Part shown: piece after piece, positions 39,636-50,584 of the stretch
How the letters are laid out: each line of letters starts with the position of its first letter
Numbering within the stretch: position 1 is the stretch's first letter
DNA from: Bacteroidota bacterium
Lineage (GTDB): Bacteria > Bacteroidota > Bacteroidia > Bacteroidales > JACABE01
Length of the DNA: 64,000 bases
Assembly (NCBI GenBank): GCA_013377005.1
Contig: JACABE010000008.1
Span: forward strand, 15,720 to 79,719
Direction of reading: 5' to 3'
Notes under the pieces: model-generated
What the model was told of the DNA's origin: nothing
Seen by the model: the letters and a program-made list of their open reading frames with translations, nothing else
The model's database searches: none
Position numbers and translations under genes: made by a program

Positions 39636-40421
39636 ATGAACAATCTCAAATTAATTATAAAATACTTCAAGTATCGCATTACGGCTAATAGCAAACACGA
39701 TATACATTCGCCTTTTGTTTTTCAATTACTTACTAAAGTAATTAATAACAAGAGTGTATTGTCTGTTTTTAAAGAGGTTGAAAATTTGCGTTCTCTGCTT
39801 TTGAAAGACAAAACAGAAATAAGAATAGAAGACTTTGGGGCAGGAAGTTTGAAAAACAAAACAAAAATTAAAACTGTTGCTAAAATTGCCAGAAATGCTG
39901 CTAAACAACCCAAGTATGCACAGCTATTATATAGATTGGTAAAGCATTTTCAGCCTGTCAATTTACTGGAATTAGGAACTTCGTTGGGTATCAGCACTGC
40001 TTATATGAGCAAAGCCTCTTCAACGAACAAAATAACTACCATAGAAGGTAGCGAAAATATTGCAAACATTGCCATTGATAATTTCAATAGACTGAATATT
40101 TCAAATATTCAAGTTATTACAGGAAATTTTGATGTTCAGCTTCCAGTATTATTGGAACATACATCTACTTTTGATTTTGTTTTTTTCGATGGAAATCATA
40201 GGAAACAACCTACACTTTCTTATTTTGAAGCATGCTTACAACACAAGCACAATGATAGTATTTTTGTTTTCGACGATATTCATTGGTCGCTAGAAATGGA
40301 AGAAGTTTGGGAGTTAATCAAACAATCACCTGAAGTAACAGTAACTATAGATTTGTTCTTTATAGGATTGGTCTTTTTTAGAAAAGAATCCACAAAAGAA
40401 CATTTTACCATACGATTTTAA
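39636..40421 (+). CDS. Class I SAM-dependent methyltransferase
   Basis: HSPFVF, LELGTSLGIST, FFDGNH and VFDDIHWS; start at the ATG at 39636. Confidence 0.88.
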   Translation: MNNLKLIIKYFKYRITANSKHDIHSPFVFQLLTKVINNKSVLSVFKEVENLRSLLLKDKTEIRIEDFGAGSLKNKTKIKTVAKIARNAAKQPKYAQLLYRLVKHFQPVNLLELGTSLGISTAYMSKASSTNKITTIEGSENIANIAIDNFNRLNISNIQVITGNFDVQLPVLLEHTSTFDFVFFDGNHRKQPTLSYFEACLQHKHNDSIFVFDDIHWSLEMEEVWELIKQSPEVTVTIDLFFIGLVFFRKESTKEHFTIRF

Positions 40422-40506
40422 AAATACTATCGTTGTAATTAATTAAATCATCAAATTGCCCTATCAAAATTTTTAGTAGTTTTGTAATTCAAAATAAAGA
40501 TAAAAA

Positions 40507-41232
40507 ATGGCAGAAGAAATTATTAGCCTTAGCAATATTGCCAAGCATTACAAAGTCGGTACCGAAATAGTTAAAGCATTACGAAGTATTTCGTTAACCA
40601 TTTACAAAAACGAATATGTAGCACTAATGGGACCTTCGGGTTCAGGAAAATCAACCTTGATGAATATTTTGGGTTGCTTGGATACACCCACTTCAGGACA
40701 ATATATTTTAAATAAACATGATGTTAGCAAATTAGAAGATAATGATTTGGCAGAAATACGGAATAAAGAAATAGGTTTTGTTTTTCAGACCTTTAATTTA
40801 CTACCCCGTTCCACAGCATTGGAAAATGTGATGTTGCCATTAATTTATGCAGGAATGAATAAAGCAGATCGTATTTTAAAAGCTGAGAAATCACTTGCTG
40901 GTGTAAAACTATCCGACAGAATAACACACAAACCCAATGAATTATCAGGTGGGCAACGTCAACGGGTAGCTGTAGCCAGAGCATTAGTAAACGATCCTTC
41001 TATTATCCTTGCTGATGAGCCAACAGGAAATCTTGATTCAAAAACTTCTGTTGAAATTATGGGTTTATTTGAAGAAATTCATAAAAAAGGAAATACTATT
41101 ATTGTGGTTACTCACGAAGAGGATATTGCCCGTCATGCACACCGTATTATTCGCTTAATTGATGGAGAAATAGCTTCAGATGAAATCAATCCTAACATTC
41201 GCAAGATGGCTGATTATTTGGTAGAAGCCTAA
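40507..41232 (+). CDS. ABC transporter ATP-binding protein (MacB/LolD type)
   Basis: [45 protein letters not shown] and VTHE. Confidence 0.95.
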   Translation: MAEEIISLSNIAKHYKVGTEIVKALRSISLTIYKNEYVALMGPSGSGKSTLMNILGCLDTPTSGQYILNKHDVSKLEDNDLAEIRNKEIGFVFQTFNLLPRSTALENVMLPLIYAGMNKADRILKAEKSLAGVKLSDRITHKPNELSGGQRQRVAVARALVNDPSIILADEPTGNLDSKTSVEIMGLFEEIHKKGNTIIVVTHEEDIARHAHRIIRLIDGEIASDEINPNIRKMADYLVEA

Positions 41233-41250
41233 AAGTTTATGAACTGATTT

Positions 41251-41811
41251 ATGAAAGAAGACTGGAAAATATATACAAAAACCGGAGATAAGGGCGAAAC
41301 ATCGCTTATCGGAGGGAAAAGAGTTCCCAAATACCACGAACGCATTGAAGCTTATGGAACTGTGGATGAACTTAATTCATATATTGGCTTGATTCGTGAT
41401 TTAGAAGTAAGTGAAGCTAACAAAATGATACTCATCGAAATTCAAGATAGACTTTTTACAGTAGAATCGCTCTTAGCTGAAGACCCAGAAACTTCTCAAC
41501 GAGCATTACCTCAAATTTTTGAAGAAGATATTTTACTTCTCGAACGCGAAATAGATGCTATGAATGAAAATTTACCTGTTTTGAATTCTTTTATTCTACC
41601 AGGAGGACATTCTATCGTATCATATTGTCATATAGCTCGTTGTGTATGTCGCAGAGCTGAAAGAATTACAATTAAATTATCGGAAACACATCATGTTTCC
41701 TCTTTGGTAATTAAATATTTAAACCGATTATCTGATTATTTATTTGTACTGGCTCGTAAAATTGGAAACGATTTAGGAGCGAAAGAAGAAATTTGGAAAG
41801 CAAAAATTTAA
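41251..41811 (+). CDS. PduO-type cob(I)alamin adenosyltransferase
   Basis: IYTKTGDKGET, AYGTVDELNS, FILPGG, RCVCRRAER and YLNRLSDYLF. Confidence 0.94.
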   Translation: MKEDWKIYTKTGDKGETSLIGGKRVPKYHERIEAYGTVDELNSYIGLIRDLEVSEANKMILIEIQDRLFTVESLLAEDPETSQRALPQIFEEDILLLEREIDAMNENLPVLNSFILPGGHSIVSYCHIARCVCRRAERITIKLSETHHVSSLVIKYLNRLSDYLFVLARKIGNDLGAKEEIWKAKI

Positions 41812-41935
41812 CTTTAAATTCTAATCTCTTTATTTTCTGATATTTAATAAATTTTTATTTTTCTTAAAAAAAGAATTGATTAATCAAAAATTAAATTACT
41901 TTTGCAAAAATTATATAACCTAAAAATTTCGTAAT

Positions 41936-42157
41936 ATGTATTGGACATTAGAATTAGCATCAAAACTTGAAGACGCTCCTTGGCCCGCAACTAAAGAAGA
42001 GTTAACTGATTATGCGCTCAGGTCTGGTGCTCCACAAGAAGTAATTGAAAATCTTCGGGAAATTGAAGATGAAGGGGAAATTTACGAAAGCATCGATGAT
42101 TTATGGCCCGACTATCCTACAAAGGATGACTTCTTCTTTCATGAAGACGAATACTAA
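41936..42157 (+). CDS. DUF2795-family small acidic protein
   Basis: MYWTLELASKLEDAPWPATKEEL is a conserved Bacteroidota small protein. Confidence 0.88.
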   Translation: MYWTLELASKLEDAPWPATKEELTDYALRSGAPQEVIENLREIEDEGEIYESIDDLWPDYPTKDDFFFHEDEY

Positions 42158-42163
42158 GAAATT

Positions 42164-42197
42164 AAACCGTTTTACTTATTGTGAGACGGTTTTTTTT
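42164..42197 (+). terminator. Rho-independent terminator
   Basis: AAACCGTTTTAC...GTGAGACGGTTT followed by a T-run. Confidence 0.75.
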
Positions 42198-42369
42198 AAA
42201 TATTAGCCCAAGTTTCTATTTAAAATTTAAAAAAAATAATGCTGATTGCAATAATTAAGTTAATTTTGCTTTATAAAGGCAAAATAAGATCTTAATTCAC
42301 TATATTAATTTTATTATTGCTTCATATACAAAACTTTAACTTTATAAACTTTATAACTGTACACTTACC

Positions 42370-45300
42370 ATGTTTAAATCGTTTAGTAAATTATTCGGAA
42401 ATAAATCGCAAAGAGATATAAAAGAAATTACACCATTACTTGAAGCTACTAAACTTGCTTATCAGTCAATTACACTGCTGAGTAATGATGAATTAAGAAC
42501 AAAAACACAAGAATTCAAAGACAGAATCACCGAGTATGTAGCTGATGAAAGAAATCAAATTGCTGAATATAAAGAACGTATCGACAATGATGTTGATATG
42601 GATGTTGATGAAAAAGAAGAACTTTATCAGCAAATTGATAAACTTGAAAAATTAGAATACGATAAAATTCAGGAAATTTTAAATGAAATTTTACCTGAAG
42701 CATTTTCGGTTATTAAAGAAACTGCGAAACGTTTTACAGAAAACAAAAAGGTAGAAGTAAGCATCATGCCATGGGATAGAGATTTAGCTGCAAGGTTAGA
42801 TAGTGTAAATATTATTGATGATAAAGCATATTACGACAATACTTGGTCTGCAGGTGGTACTATGATTACTTGGGATATGATACATTATGACGTTCAGTTG
42901 ATTGGTGGTATTGTTTTACATTCAGGGAAAATTGCAGAAATGGCAACAGGTGAAGGGAAAACACTGGTTGCTACTTTACCTGTTTATTTAAACGCACTGT
43001 CTGGAAAAGGAGTTCATTTAGTTACTGTTAATGATTATCTGGCAAAACGTGACTCTGAGTGGATGGGTATGTTGTTCGAGTTTCATGGATTGAAAGTAGA
43101 CTGTATCGACAGACATGAACCCAATTCAGAAAGTCGTAAAAACGCCTACTTAGCAGATATTACCTATGGTACCAATAATGAATTTGGCTTTGATTATCTA
43201 CGCGACAACATGGCTCGTAACGTTGAAGAATTGGTTCAGAGGAAACATAACTATTCTATTGTAGATGAAGTTGACTCTGTTTTGATTGACGATGCCCGTA
43301 CACCTTTAATTATTTCGGGACCAACACCAAAAGGAGATAATCAGGAATTTGAAGTACTGAAACCAAATATTTTAAAGATTTACAACGCACAACGTAATTT
43401 GGTTACTCAATTATTAGCTGATGCTAAGAAATTATTAGCTGATAATCCAAGTTCTGAAAATGAGAAAAAAGGTGGCGTGTTATTATTCCGCTCTCATAGA
43501 GGTTTGCCTAAAAACAAAGCATTGATAAAATTTCTAAGTGAACCGGGCATGAAAGCCTTAATGCAAAAAACTGAGAACTTTTATATGCAGGATCAATCTA
43601 AAAATATGCACATCATTGATGATGAACTGTTTTTTGTAATTGATGAGAAAAATAATACTATTGACCTTACAGACAAAGGGATTGATTATATTTCAAGCGA
43701 TGCTGAAGAAGCTAAATTTTATATACTTCCGGATGTAGGTGCAGAAATTGCCGAACTTGAAAAAATGAATCTTGCTCCTGCGGCAAAAATTGAAAAAAAA
43801 GCAGAAATATTACGTACCTATGCCATTCAATCTGACAGGGTTCACACTGTAAATCAGTTATTGAAAGCATATACTTTATTTGAACTAGATACAGAATACG
43901 TTATTATAGATAATAAAGTTAAAATTGTAGATGAACAAACAGGTCGTATTATGGAAGGCAGACGCTATTCCGACGGCTTACATCAAGCAATAGAAGCAAA
44001 AGAAAATGTAAAAGTTGAAGCTGCAACTCAAACTTATGCTACTATTACTTTACAGAATTATTTTCGTATGTATAGCAAACTTGCAGGGATGACTGGTACA
44101 GCTGAAACTGAAGCAGGCGAATTATGGGATATCTATAAATTGGACGTCGTTGTTATTCCTACCAACAGACCTATTATCCGTAAAGATAGAGAAGATTTAG
44201 TTTATAAAACTAAAAAAGAAAAATACAATGCTGTTATTGAAGAAATTCAAAGTTTGGTAAATATTGGAAGACCTGTTTTGGTAGGTACTACATCCGTAGA
44301 AATATCTGAATTACTCAGCCGGTCATTAAAAATGCGAAATATTAGGCATAACGTACTAAATGCAAAATTACATAAAAAAGAAGCAGATATTGTAGCTGAA
44401 GCAGGTGTTGCAGGAACTGTAACCATAGCTACTAACATGGCAGGTCGTGGTACTGATATTAAACTGGGACCAGGTGTAAAAGAAGCTGGAGGTTTAGCTA
44501 TTATTGGTACAGAGCGCCATGAATCTCGTCGCGTGGACCGTCAGTTACGTGGACGTGCAGGTCGTCAGGGAGATCCAGGTAGCACACAATTCTTTGTATC
44601 ACTAGAGGATGATTTAATGCGTTTATTTGGTTCCGACCGTATTGCAAGCGTAATGGACAGATTAGGACTGAAAGAAGGGGAAGAAATCCAACACTCAATG
44701 ATTACTAAGTCTATTGAAAGAGCACAGAAAAAAGTAGAAGAAAATAACTTTGGTGTTCGTAAACGATTACTTGAATATGATGACGTAATGAATTCTCAAC
44801 GTGAAGTTATATATAAAAAACGTCGCAATGCCTTGTATGGTGATCGCTTACCAATTGATATTTCTAACATGATGTACGATGTTAGTGAAAGTATCATTCA
44901 CGATTATTTAGAATCCAGAAATTTTGATGGTTTTAATTTCGAACTCATAAAGACTTTTGGTATTGACTCTCCTATAAGCGAAAAAGAATTTCACAATGCT
45001 AAAGTAGAAGAAATCTCAGATAGAGTTTTTGATGAAGTATATCAATCCTATCATAGTAAAACACTTTTAATGGCTGAGCAAGCATTTCCAATAATTAAAG
45101 ATGTATATGAAAATAATGGAAGTCGCTACGAAAATATTGCCATTCCTATTACAGATGGTAAGAAAACACTGAATATTGTAGCTCCAATTAAGAAATGCTA
45201 TGATTCTAAAGGAAAAGAAGTTATTGTTTCCATTGAAAAAAGCTTAACCCTTGCTTTGATTGATGATGCCTGGAAAGAACAACTTCGAGAAATGGATGAA

Positions 45301-45666
45301 TTAAAACAATCTGTTCAGAATGCTACTTATGAACAAAAAGATCCTTTATTAATTTATAAATTTGAATCATTTGAATTATTTAAAGCAATGATTCAGAATA
45401 TAAACAAAGAAATCAGTTCTTTTTTATGCTTGGGAAAACTACCACTTCAGGATTCATCTAACATAAAAGAAGGTAAAATACAACATACCGATATGAGTAG
45501 GTTAAAAACCAGTCGTGACGAACAAGCACCTGTAGCTAACCGAACCCAAAGCGAAGAAAAGGTTCAGCCTGTGAGAGTTGAGAAGAAGGTAGGACGCAAC
45601 GATCCATGCCCTTGCGGTAGTGGGAAAAAATACAAACAATGTCACGGAAAAGACTTGGAAAATTAA
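42370..45666 (+). CDS. secA: Preprotein translocase subunit SecA
   Basis: [42 protein letters not shown] and [13 protein letters not shown], with a C-terminal [19 protein letters not shown]. Confidence 0.99.
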   Translation: MFKSFSKLFGNKSQRDIKEITPLLEATKLAYQSITLLSNDELRTKTQEFKDRITEYVADERNQIAEYKERIDNDVDMDVDEKEELYQQIDKLEKLEYDKIQEILNEILPEAFSVIKETAKRFTENKKVEVSIMPWDRDLAARLDSVNIIDDKAYYDNTWSAGGTMITWDMIHYDVQLIGGIVLHSGKIAEMATGEGKTLVATLPVYLNALSGKGVHLVTVNDYLAKRDSEWMGMLFEFHGLKVDCIDRHEPNSESRKNAYLADITYGTNNEFGFDYLRDNMARNVEELVQRKHNYSIVDEVDSVLIDDARTPLIISGPTPKGDNQEFEVLKPNILKIYNAQRNLVTQLLADAKKLLADNPSSENEKKGGVLLFRSHRGLPKNKALIKFLSEPGMKALMQKTENFYMQDQSKNMHIIDDELFFVIDEKNNTIDLTDKGIDYISSDAEEAKFYILPDVGAEIAELEKMNLAPAAKIEKKAEILRTYAIQSDRVHTVNQLLKAYTLFELDTEYVIIDNKVKIVDEQTGRIMEGRRYSDGLHQAIEAKENVKVEAATQTYATITLQNYFRMYSKLAGMTGTAETEAGELWDIYKLDVVVIPTNRPIIRKDREDLVYKTKKEKYNAVIEEIQSLVNIGRPVLVGTTSVEISELLSRSLKMRNIRHNVLNAKLHKKEADIVAEAGVAGTVTIATNMAGRGTDIKLGPGVKEAGGLAIIGTERHESRRVDRQLRGRAGRQGDPGSTQFFVSLEDDLMRLFGSDRIASVMDRLGLKEGEEIQHSMITKSIERAQKKVEENNFGVRKRLLEYDDVMNSQREVIYKKRRNALYGDRLPIDISNMMYDVSESIIHDYLESRNFDGFNFELIKTFGIDSPISEKEFHNAKVEEISDRVFDEVYQSYHSKTLLMAEQAFPIIKDVYENNGSRYENIAIPITDGKKTLNIVAPIKKCYDSKGKEVIVSIEKSLTLALIDDAWKEQLREMDELKQSVQNATYEQKDPLLIYKFESFELFKAMIQNINKEISSFLCLGKLPLQDSSNIKEGKIQHTDMSRLKTSRDEQAPVANRTQSEEKVQPVRVEKKVGRNDPCPCGSGKKYKQCHGKDLEN

Positions 45667-45764
45667 AATTTGGTGATTTATTGAATAACCGAGGATTAAA
45701 ATTAAGATTTTCTAAGAAATCAAGATTCTATTGATTAATAACAACCAAATATACCTATAATTAA

Positions 45765-46052
45765 ATGCTGATAGTTTATTATTTCATCTCAATAAATATT
45801 CTATCAGCATTTGTTTTTTTTATTGATAAAAGAAATGCTATAAAAAAGAGCAGACGCATTCCAGAAACTACACTTCATTTTTTTGAACTAATCGGAGGAG
45901 TCTTTAGTATTTTGATTATGATGTATTTATTGCATCATAAAAATAAGAAAGCTTCTTTTTTTTTGATAAGCTATATTATTCTAATCATTTGGTTACTTAT
46001 GATTTACTCTAAATTTAATGTATTAATCCAGTATATTTATTGCAAATTTTAA
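45765..46052 (+). CDS. DUF1294-family small membrane protein
   Basis: FIDKRNAIKKSRRIPETTLH...GG...HHKNKK. Confidence 0.82.
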   Translation: MLIVYYFISINILSAFVFFIDKRNAIKKSRRIPETTLHFFELIGGVFSILIMMYLLHHKNKKASFFLISYIILIIWLLMIYSKFNVLIQYIYCKF

Positions 46053-47542
46053 TCATTTGATTTCTTCAGTATTTTTCTAAAAACTTCTTTTTCAATATAA
46101 ACTACAACCGCAAGATAAAATAATATAAAAGCTGTATTAATACTTAGTTTAACAGGTAAATTCTCAACGTTTAGCCAAATACTGATAAAGTAAAGTAACA
46201 GAGCCAAACCAGTGAAGAGTCCTATTTTTTTCAAATCGTATTTAATATAGTAGTGTTTTTGCCCTAATATAAAAGAAATAAGCATAATACTGAAATAACA
46301 AATTAAAGTAGCCCAAGCAGCCCCCATATATCCCATAATAGGAACTAACCAGAAATTGAGTATTAATGTTACAATAGCACCAAATACTGAGATATATGCC
46401 CCATACATAGTTTTATCATTGATTTTATACCATATCGAAAGATTATAAAATACACCCAAACAAAGATTAGCCATTAATAATATAGGAATTACAGGTGCTC
46501 CTACTCTATATTTTGGTCCGACAAAATTTATAATAATATCGATATACATCATTACACCTAAAAAAATAAAGGCACATATAATGATAAAATATTTCATAAC
46601 ATTTGCATATATTTGGCGGGCATCAGTACGATTGGCTTGCGAAAAGAAGAAAGGTTCAGCAGCAAACTTAAATGTTTGAATAAATAAAGTCATCAAAATA
46701 GCAACTTTATAACATGCACCGTAAATCCCTAACTGAACCATTGGATGTTCAGCTTCAGTTACTAAATGTTTGAGTAAAATACGGTCAAAAGTTTCATTAA
46801 CAATACCTGCCATACCCCAAACCATTATTGGTAAAGCGTATTTAAGCATTTGTTTCCATAACTGCTTATCAAAATTCAATTTAATATCCATTATTTCCGG
46901 AACCAATAACAATAAGGTAATTGCACTTGCAATAAGATTTGAAATAAAGATATAACCTACGCCAATAAATGGATTGTAAAACCAATGAAGGATATTACCT
47001 ACAAAGCTATTACCAAAATTTCGATCTAACCACGGACATAAAACAATAAAAAACAAATTGAAACCTATTTGTAATGAAATATTTACTGATTTAAGTATAG
47101 CAAATCGACGCGCTTTATTAAGTTCTCTTAACCGAGCAAAAGGGACAGCACTTAGAGCATCTAAACCTAATATCCAGGCAAACCAAATAATATATTCCGT
47201 ATGATTAGCATAGCCTATTGCAGTGGAAATAGAAGAAGAAAAAAACCAAACAATGCAAATAAATCCCAACGAACTGATTAACAAAGATATTACAGAAGTA
47301 TTGTAAACGGAATTAGCTATATTTTCTTTTTTAGAAAAACGAAAAAATGTAGTTTCCATTCCATAAGTCAGAATTACCATTAAAAAAGCCACATAAGCAT
47401 ATAATTCAGTAACTACACCGTACTCACTTGGTGGTAAAATATAAGTATATAATGGAACAAGAAAATAATTTAATAAACGTCCTACAATAGTAGGAAATCC
47501 GTAAACAGCTGTTTGTCCTGCAAGTTTCTTTAAAGGATTCAA
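46049..47542 (-). CDS. Polysaccharide biosynthesis flippase (Wzx/MATE-like)
   Basis: LAGQTAVYG, YGMETTFFRF, many TM segments, GIYGACYK and AAEPFFF; TTG start. Confidence 0.88.
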   Translation of the reverse strand: MNPLKKLAGQTAVYGFPTIVGRLLNYFLVPLYTYILPPSEYGVVTELYAYVAFLMVILTYGMETTFFRFSKKENIANSVYNTSVISLLISSLGFICIVWFFSSSISTAIGYANHTEYIIWFAWILGLDALSAVPFARLRELNKARRFAILKSVNISLQIGFNLFFIVLCPWLDRNFGNSFVGNILHWFYNPFIGVGYIFISNLIASAITLLLLVPEIMDIKLNFDKQLWKQMLKYALPIMVWGMAGIVNETFDRILLKHLVTEAEHPMVQLGIYGACYKVAILMTLFIQTFKFAAEPFFFSQANRTDARQIYANVMKYFIIICAFIFLGVMMYIDIIINFVGPKYRVGAPVIPILLMANLCLGVFYNLSIWYKINDKTMYGAYISVFGAIVTLILNFWLVPIMGYMGAAWATLICYFSIMLISFILGQKHYYIKYDLKKIGLFTGLALLLYFISIWLNVENLPVKLSINTAFILFYLAVVVYIEKEVFRKILKKSND

Positions 47543-47612
47543 AATAATCTATCTTTTATAATGCAAACCTACATGATTTTTTTTACTTTTTCAAAAATAA
47601 ATGTAAAAAATT

Positions 47613-47645
47613 AAAAAGTCCTTGTTCTGAGAACAAGGACTTTTT
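47613..47645. terminator. Symmetric Rho-independent terminator after the blaR-like gene
   Basis: AAAAAGTCCTTGTTC-TGA-GAACAAGGACTTTTT. Confidence 0.85.
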
Positions 47646-47650
47646 AATTG

Positions 47651-48982
47651 TCATTTTTTTAATTTTTCATTTTCTTTATCCAAAGTAAACTTAATAGGTA
47701 AATTAAACTGAACTCTTACTACTTTTCCGTTTTGCATTCCAGCCTTCCATTTATTAGTCATCATTTTAACTACTCTTATAGCTTCATCGTCAAGTAATGG
47801 GTTTGCACTTCTGATAACTTTTACATCCGAAACTTCGCCATTAATTTCTACAACGAATGAGACATACACAGTCCCTTCAATGCCTTTTTCTTTAGCTTCT
47901 TGAGGATATTTAACGTTATCTATAATATGTTTCATCATTGCTTCTTGTCCTCCAATAAACTCAGGAACTATTTCCACAACTGTGTAAACTTCTTTTTGAG
48001 CATTTTTAGCTTTCGGTTTTTGTTGTAATCTATTTAAAACAAAATTACTTTTAGTAGAAGCGACAGGAGTAAATAGTGTGTTGATTTTTTTTGAATCTAT
48101 TCCGTTTTTTACAATAATAAAAGCTTTTTCGGCTTTTAAAGAAGGAAATAAACATAAAAGAATAAACATTGGTATTATTAGCAAATATTTTGCCAACGAT
48201 ATACCTTGTGATTTTGATTTTGTCATCATGATAATACGTTTTTTTATTAATGAATTAAAATTATTTTCTGGTGTTAGAAGCTTTACACCTGTTGCAACTG
48301 AAAGTAAAAGCGACTGATAACCTTGTTTTTCATATCCCAGATTGATTACACTTTGGTCGGCAATGTATTCGTGTACTTCACGTATTGAAGTACGATACCA
48401 CCAAACAATAGGATTAAACCAATGTAAAATACAAACTACTTCAACAAGCAAAATATCAATTGTATGGCATTGTTTCACATGAACTTGCTCATGAGCAATA
48501 ATTTTCTCAATGTCACTTAAATTGCATTTTAGGTTGATGAAGATTAAATTAAAAAATGAAAAAGAGGGATGATCATCCGTATATATGTGGTTAGAAATTG
48601 CTCGATTAGATGCTGATTTTAAATACAAACGTATAATTTGCATAATTTGAATCAATAGTCTGATAAATAAAATAGCAACAACTACAACATAAATGCTTAT
48701 AATAATTAACAACCAATTAATTACAGAGTTTTCTTTAGCAGAAATAACAATTGGATTTAAGGCAATTTCCTGTAAAGTAGTTGCTTGCGAGATATTATTG
48801 ATAGGAATTGTGTAAACTGTTTGCAAAAAAGGAAAAAACAAAACTGAACTTACGATTGAAACTAACAAGAAAATCCTGTTTAATACAAAATAAGTCTCAT
48901 TTTTAAAAGTTAAGCGATAAAAAATGATCAATAAACTTAAAAGCAAAGTTGATTTTATAAGATAAAAAATGAAAGTTTCCAT
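47651..48982 (-). CDS. BlaR1/peptidase M56 protein fused to a TonB C-terminal domain
   Basis: TM segments, HEQVH zinc motif, HWFNP, EYIAD and IKKRI; C-terminal YPQEAKEKGIEGTVYVSFVV...LPIKF. Confidence 0.92.
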   Translation of the reverse strand: METFIFYLIKSTLLLSLLIIFYRLTFKNETYFVLNRIFLLVSIVSSVLFFPFLQTVYTIPINNISQATTLQEIALNPIVISAKENSVINWLLIIISIYVVVVAILFIRLLIQIMQIIRLYLKSASNRAISNHIYTDDHPSFSFFNLIFINLKCNLSDIEKIIAHEQVHVKQCHTIDILLVEVVCILHWFNPIVWWYRTSIREVHEYIADQSVINLGYEKQGYQSLLLSVATGVKLLTPENNFNSLIKKRIIMMTKSKSQGISLAKYLLIIPMFILLCLFPSLKAEKAFIIVKNGIDSKKINTLFTPVASTKSNFVLNRLQQKPKAKNAQKEVYTVVEIVPEFIGGQEAMMKHIIDNVKYPQEAKEKGIEGTVYVSFVVEINGEVSDVKVIRSANPLLDDEAIRVVKMMTNKWKAGMQNGKVVRVQFNLPIKFTLDKENEKLKK

Positions 48983-48989
48983 AATTGTA

Positions 48990-49364
48990 TCATTTTTTTT
49001 GTTTGATAATTTCTTGATCTACTATACTTTTTAACTCTTCAAGTTCTTTGAGTGATAATTTTTTTTCTTCGGCAAAAAAAGACACCAATTGGCGAAAAGA
49101 ATTGCTAAAATAATTTTTCACTACACCACCCATCAATTCTTTACGATAGTCCTCTTTGGCAATCAAAGGATAATATTGATGAGTTTTTCCGTAAGCTATA
49201 TAACCTACAAATCCTTTTTTTTCTAGTATTCTAACGATAGTTGAGACAGTATTATATGCTGGTTTAGGTTCTTCCATGCGTTCGAGAATATCTTTTACGA
49301 ATCCTTGCTTGATTTCCCAAATCAGTTGCATTACCTGTTCTTCTGCTTTTGTTAATTCTTTCAT
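48990..49364 (-). CDS. BlaI/MecI/CopY family repressor
   Basis: LTKAEEQVMQLIW and PAYNTVSTIVRILEKKGFV. Confidence 0.94.
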   Translation of the reverse strand: MKELTKAEEQVMQLIWEIKQGFVKDILERMEEPKPAYNTVSTIVRILEKKGFVGYIAYGKTHQYYPLIAKEDYRKELMGGVVKNYFSNSFRQLVSFFAEEKKLSLKELEELKSIVDQEIIKQKK

Positions 49365-49524
49365 TTATTTATATATTTTAAAACTACTGAAAAAGTTATT
49401 TTTAGAATATTCCAATATAATATTTTTACTCAAGTTTTGCCAATGGAATATCCATGATATTTTCATCTCACTTGGTATCCTTAAGAACATGGACATTTCA
49501 TTATTTTAAAATAAAACTTCGACA

Positions 49525-49569
49525 CAAAGATACAACTAGAAACATAGTTATACAACTATTATTTTAGTT
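49525..49569 (-). promoter_or_regulatory. blaI promoter (TATCTTTG) with tandem AACTA-N6-TAGTT palindromes
   Basis: -7 element at 49525-49532; palindromes at 49534-49549 and 49554-49569. Confidence 0.7.
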
Positions 49570-49701
49570 ATTTTGTTAAAAATAAAATTATATTTTATAT
49601 ATATTTGAATTTATGATATTTAAATACACACTTTCTGTTGAAGTGATATTTTTAACGTTTAAATAAAATTTTGTATCGGAAAGGAGGTTTATTTAATCGG
49701 A

Positions 49702-50343
49702 CTATATAATCAATCGAAATTCTTTATCAAACAAATCAGTAATATCTTCATTATTTGTTAAATGATGGGTTACAATACCTAAATTTTCTGCTGCATTAAT
49801 ATGCTGAATAGAATCATCAATAAACAAGGTTTCTTCAGGAATAATTTGTTGCTCTGCTAAAACAAACTCAAAAATTTCTTTGTTTGGTTTTCGCATCTTA
49901 ATTTCATGAGAAAAATAAGCTTTCTCAAAAATTTCATTAAAATATTTATATCCATATTTTTGTAAATAAGTAAAATAAATATCATAATGTATTTTATTGG
50001 TATTACTCAAAAGGTATGTTCTGTATTTAGTTTTCAACTCTATTAATAATAAAATTCTCTTTTCGGGTAAATCAAGAATAATCTTATTCCAAGCATAATC
50101 AATACGTTCGTCACTAAAATTTCTTTTGGAAATCTTTCTAATCCCATCTCTGAATTCCTGTGGTGTAATCAATCCAATTTCTAAATTATCAAACAATTGA
50201 TTTTGTGAAGCTTTTGAGTATAAATTTTCTAAATTATCAAATCCAATTTCTTTAAAAGCTTCTACTGTAAGTTGATAATCAATATTTAAAACAACTCCAC
50301 CAAAATCAAAGATGATGTTTTTTATCTTTTCTATGTTTTGCAT
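49702..50343 (-). CDS. HAD-family phosphatase (YihX-like)
   Basis: IFDFGGV, LLSNTN, RKP and FIDD. Confidence 0.92.
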   Translation of the reverse strand: MQNIEKIKNIIFDFGGVVLNIDYQLTVEAFKEIGFDNLENLYSKASQNQLFDNLEIGLITPQEFRDGIRKISKRNFSDERIDYAWNKIILDLPEKRILLLIELKTKYRTYLLSNTNKIHYDIYFTYLQKYGYKYFNEIFEKAYFSHEIKMRKPNKEIFEFVLAEQQIIPEETLFIDDSIQHINAAENLGIVTHHLTNNEDITDLFDKEFRLII

Positions 50344-50417
50344 TATTTTTTAAAATTAAATTTGGTATTTATACACAATTTCGTAATTTTGCAAGCTCAA
50401 AAATAGCTACTGCTATT

Positions 50418-50491
50418 GGTCCTATAGCTCAGTTGGTTAGAGCAACTGACTCATAATCAGTAGGCCCCTGGTTCAAGTCCAGGTGGGACCA
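50418..50491 (+). tRNA. tRNA with a CAT anticodon, probably tRNA-Ile2 (lysidine)
   Basis: Cloverleaf with GGTCCTA/TGGGACC acceptor stem, TAGCTCAGTTGGTTAGAGC D-arm, CTGA-CTCATAA-TCAG anticodon arm and GGTTCAAGTCC T-arm. CCA is not encoded. Confidence 0.95.
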
Positions 50492-50495
50492 CAAC

Positions 50496-50524
50496 AAAAA
50501 GACGCTTGTATAAGCGTCTTTTTT
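50496..50524. terminator. Bidirectional terminator after the tRNA
   Basis: AAAAAGACGCTT-GTAT-AAGCGTCTTTTTT. Confidence 0.85.
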
Positions 50525-50584
50525 ATTATTAGTAATTTGTTTTACAATATTTTAGATTAAACATCTGCAATCATCTATTTTGAT

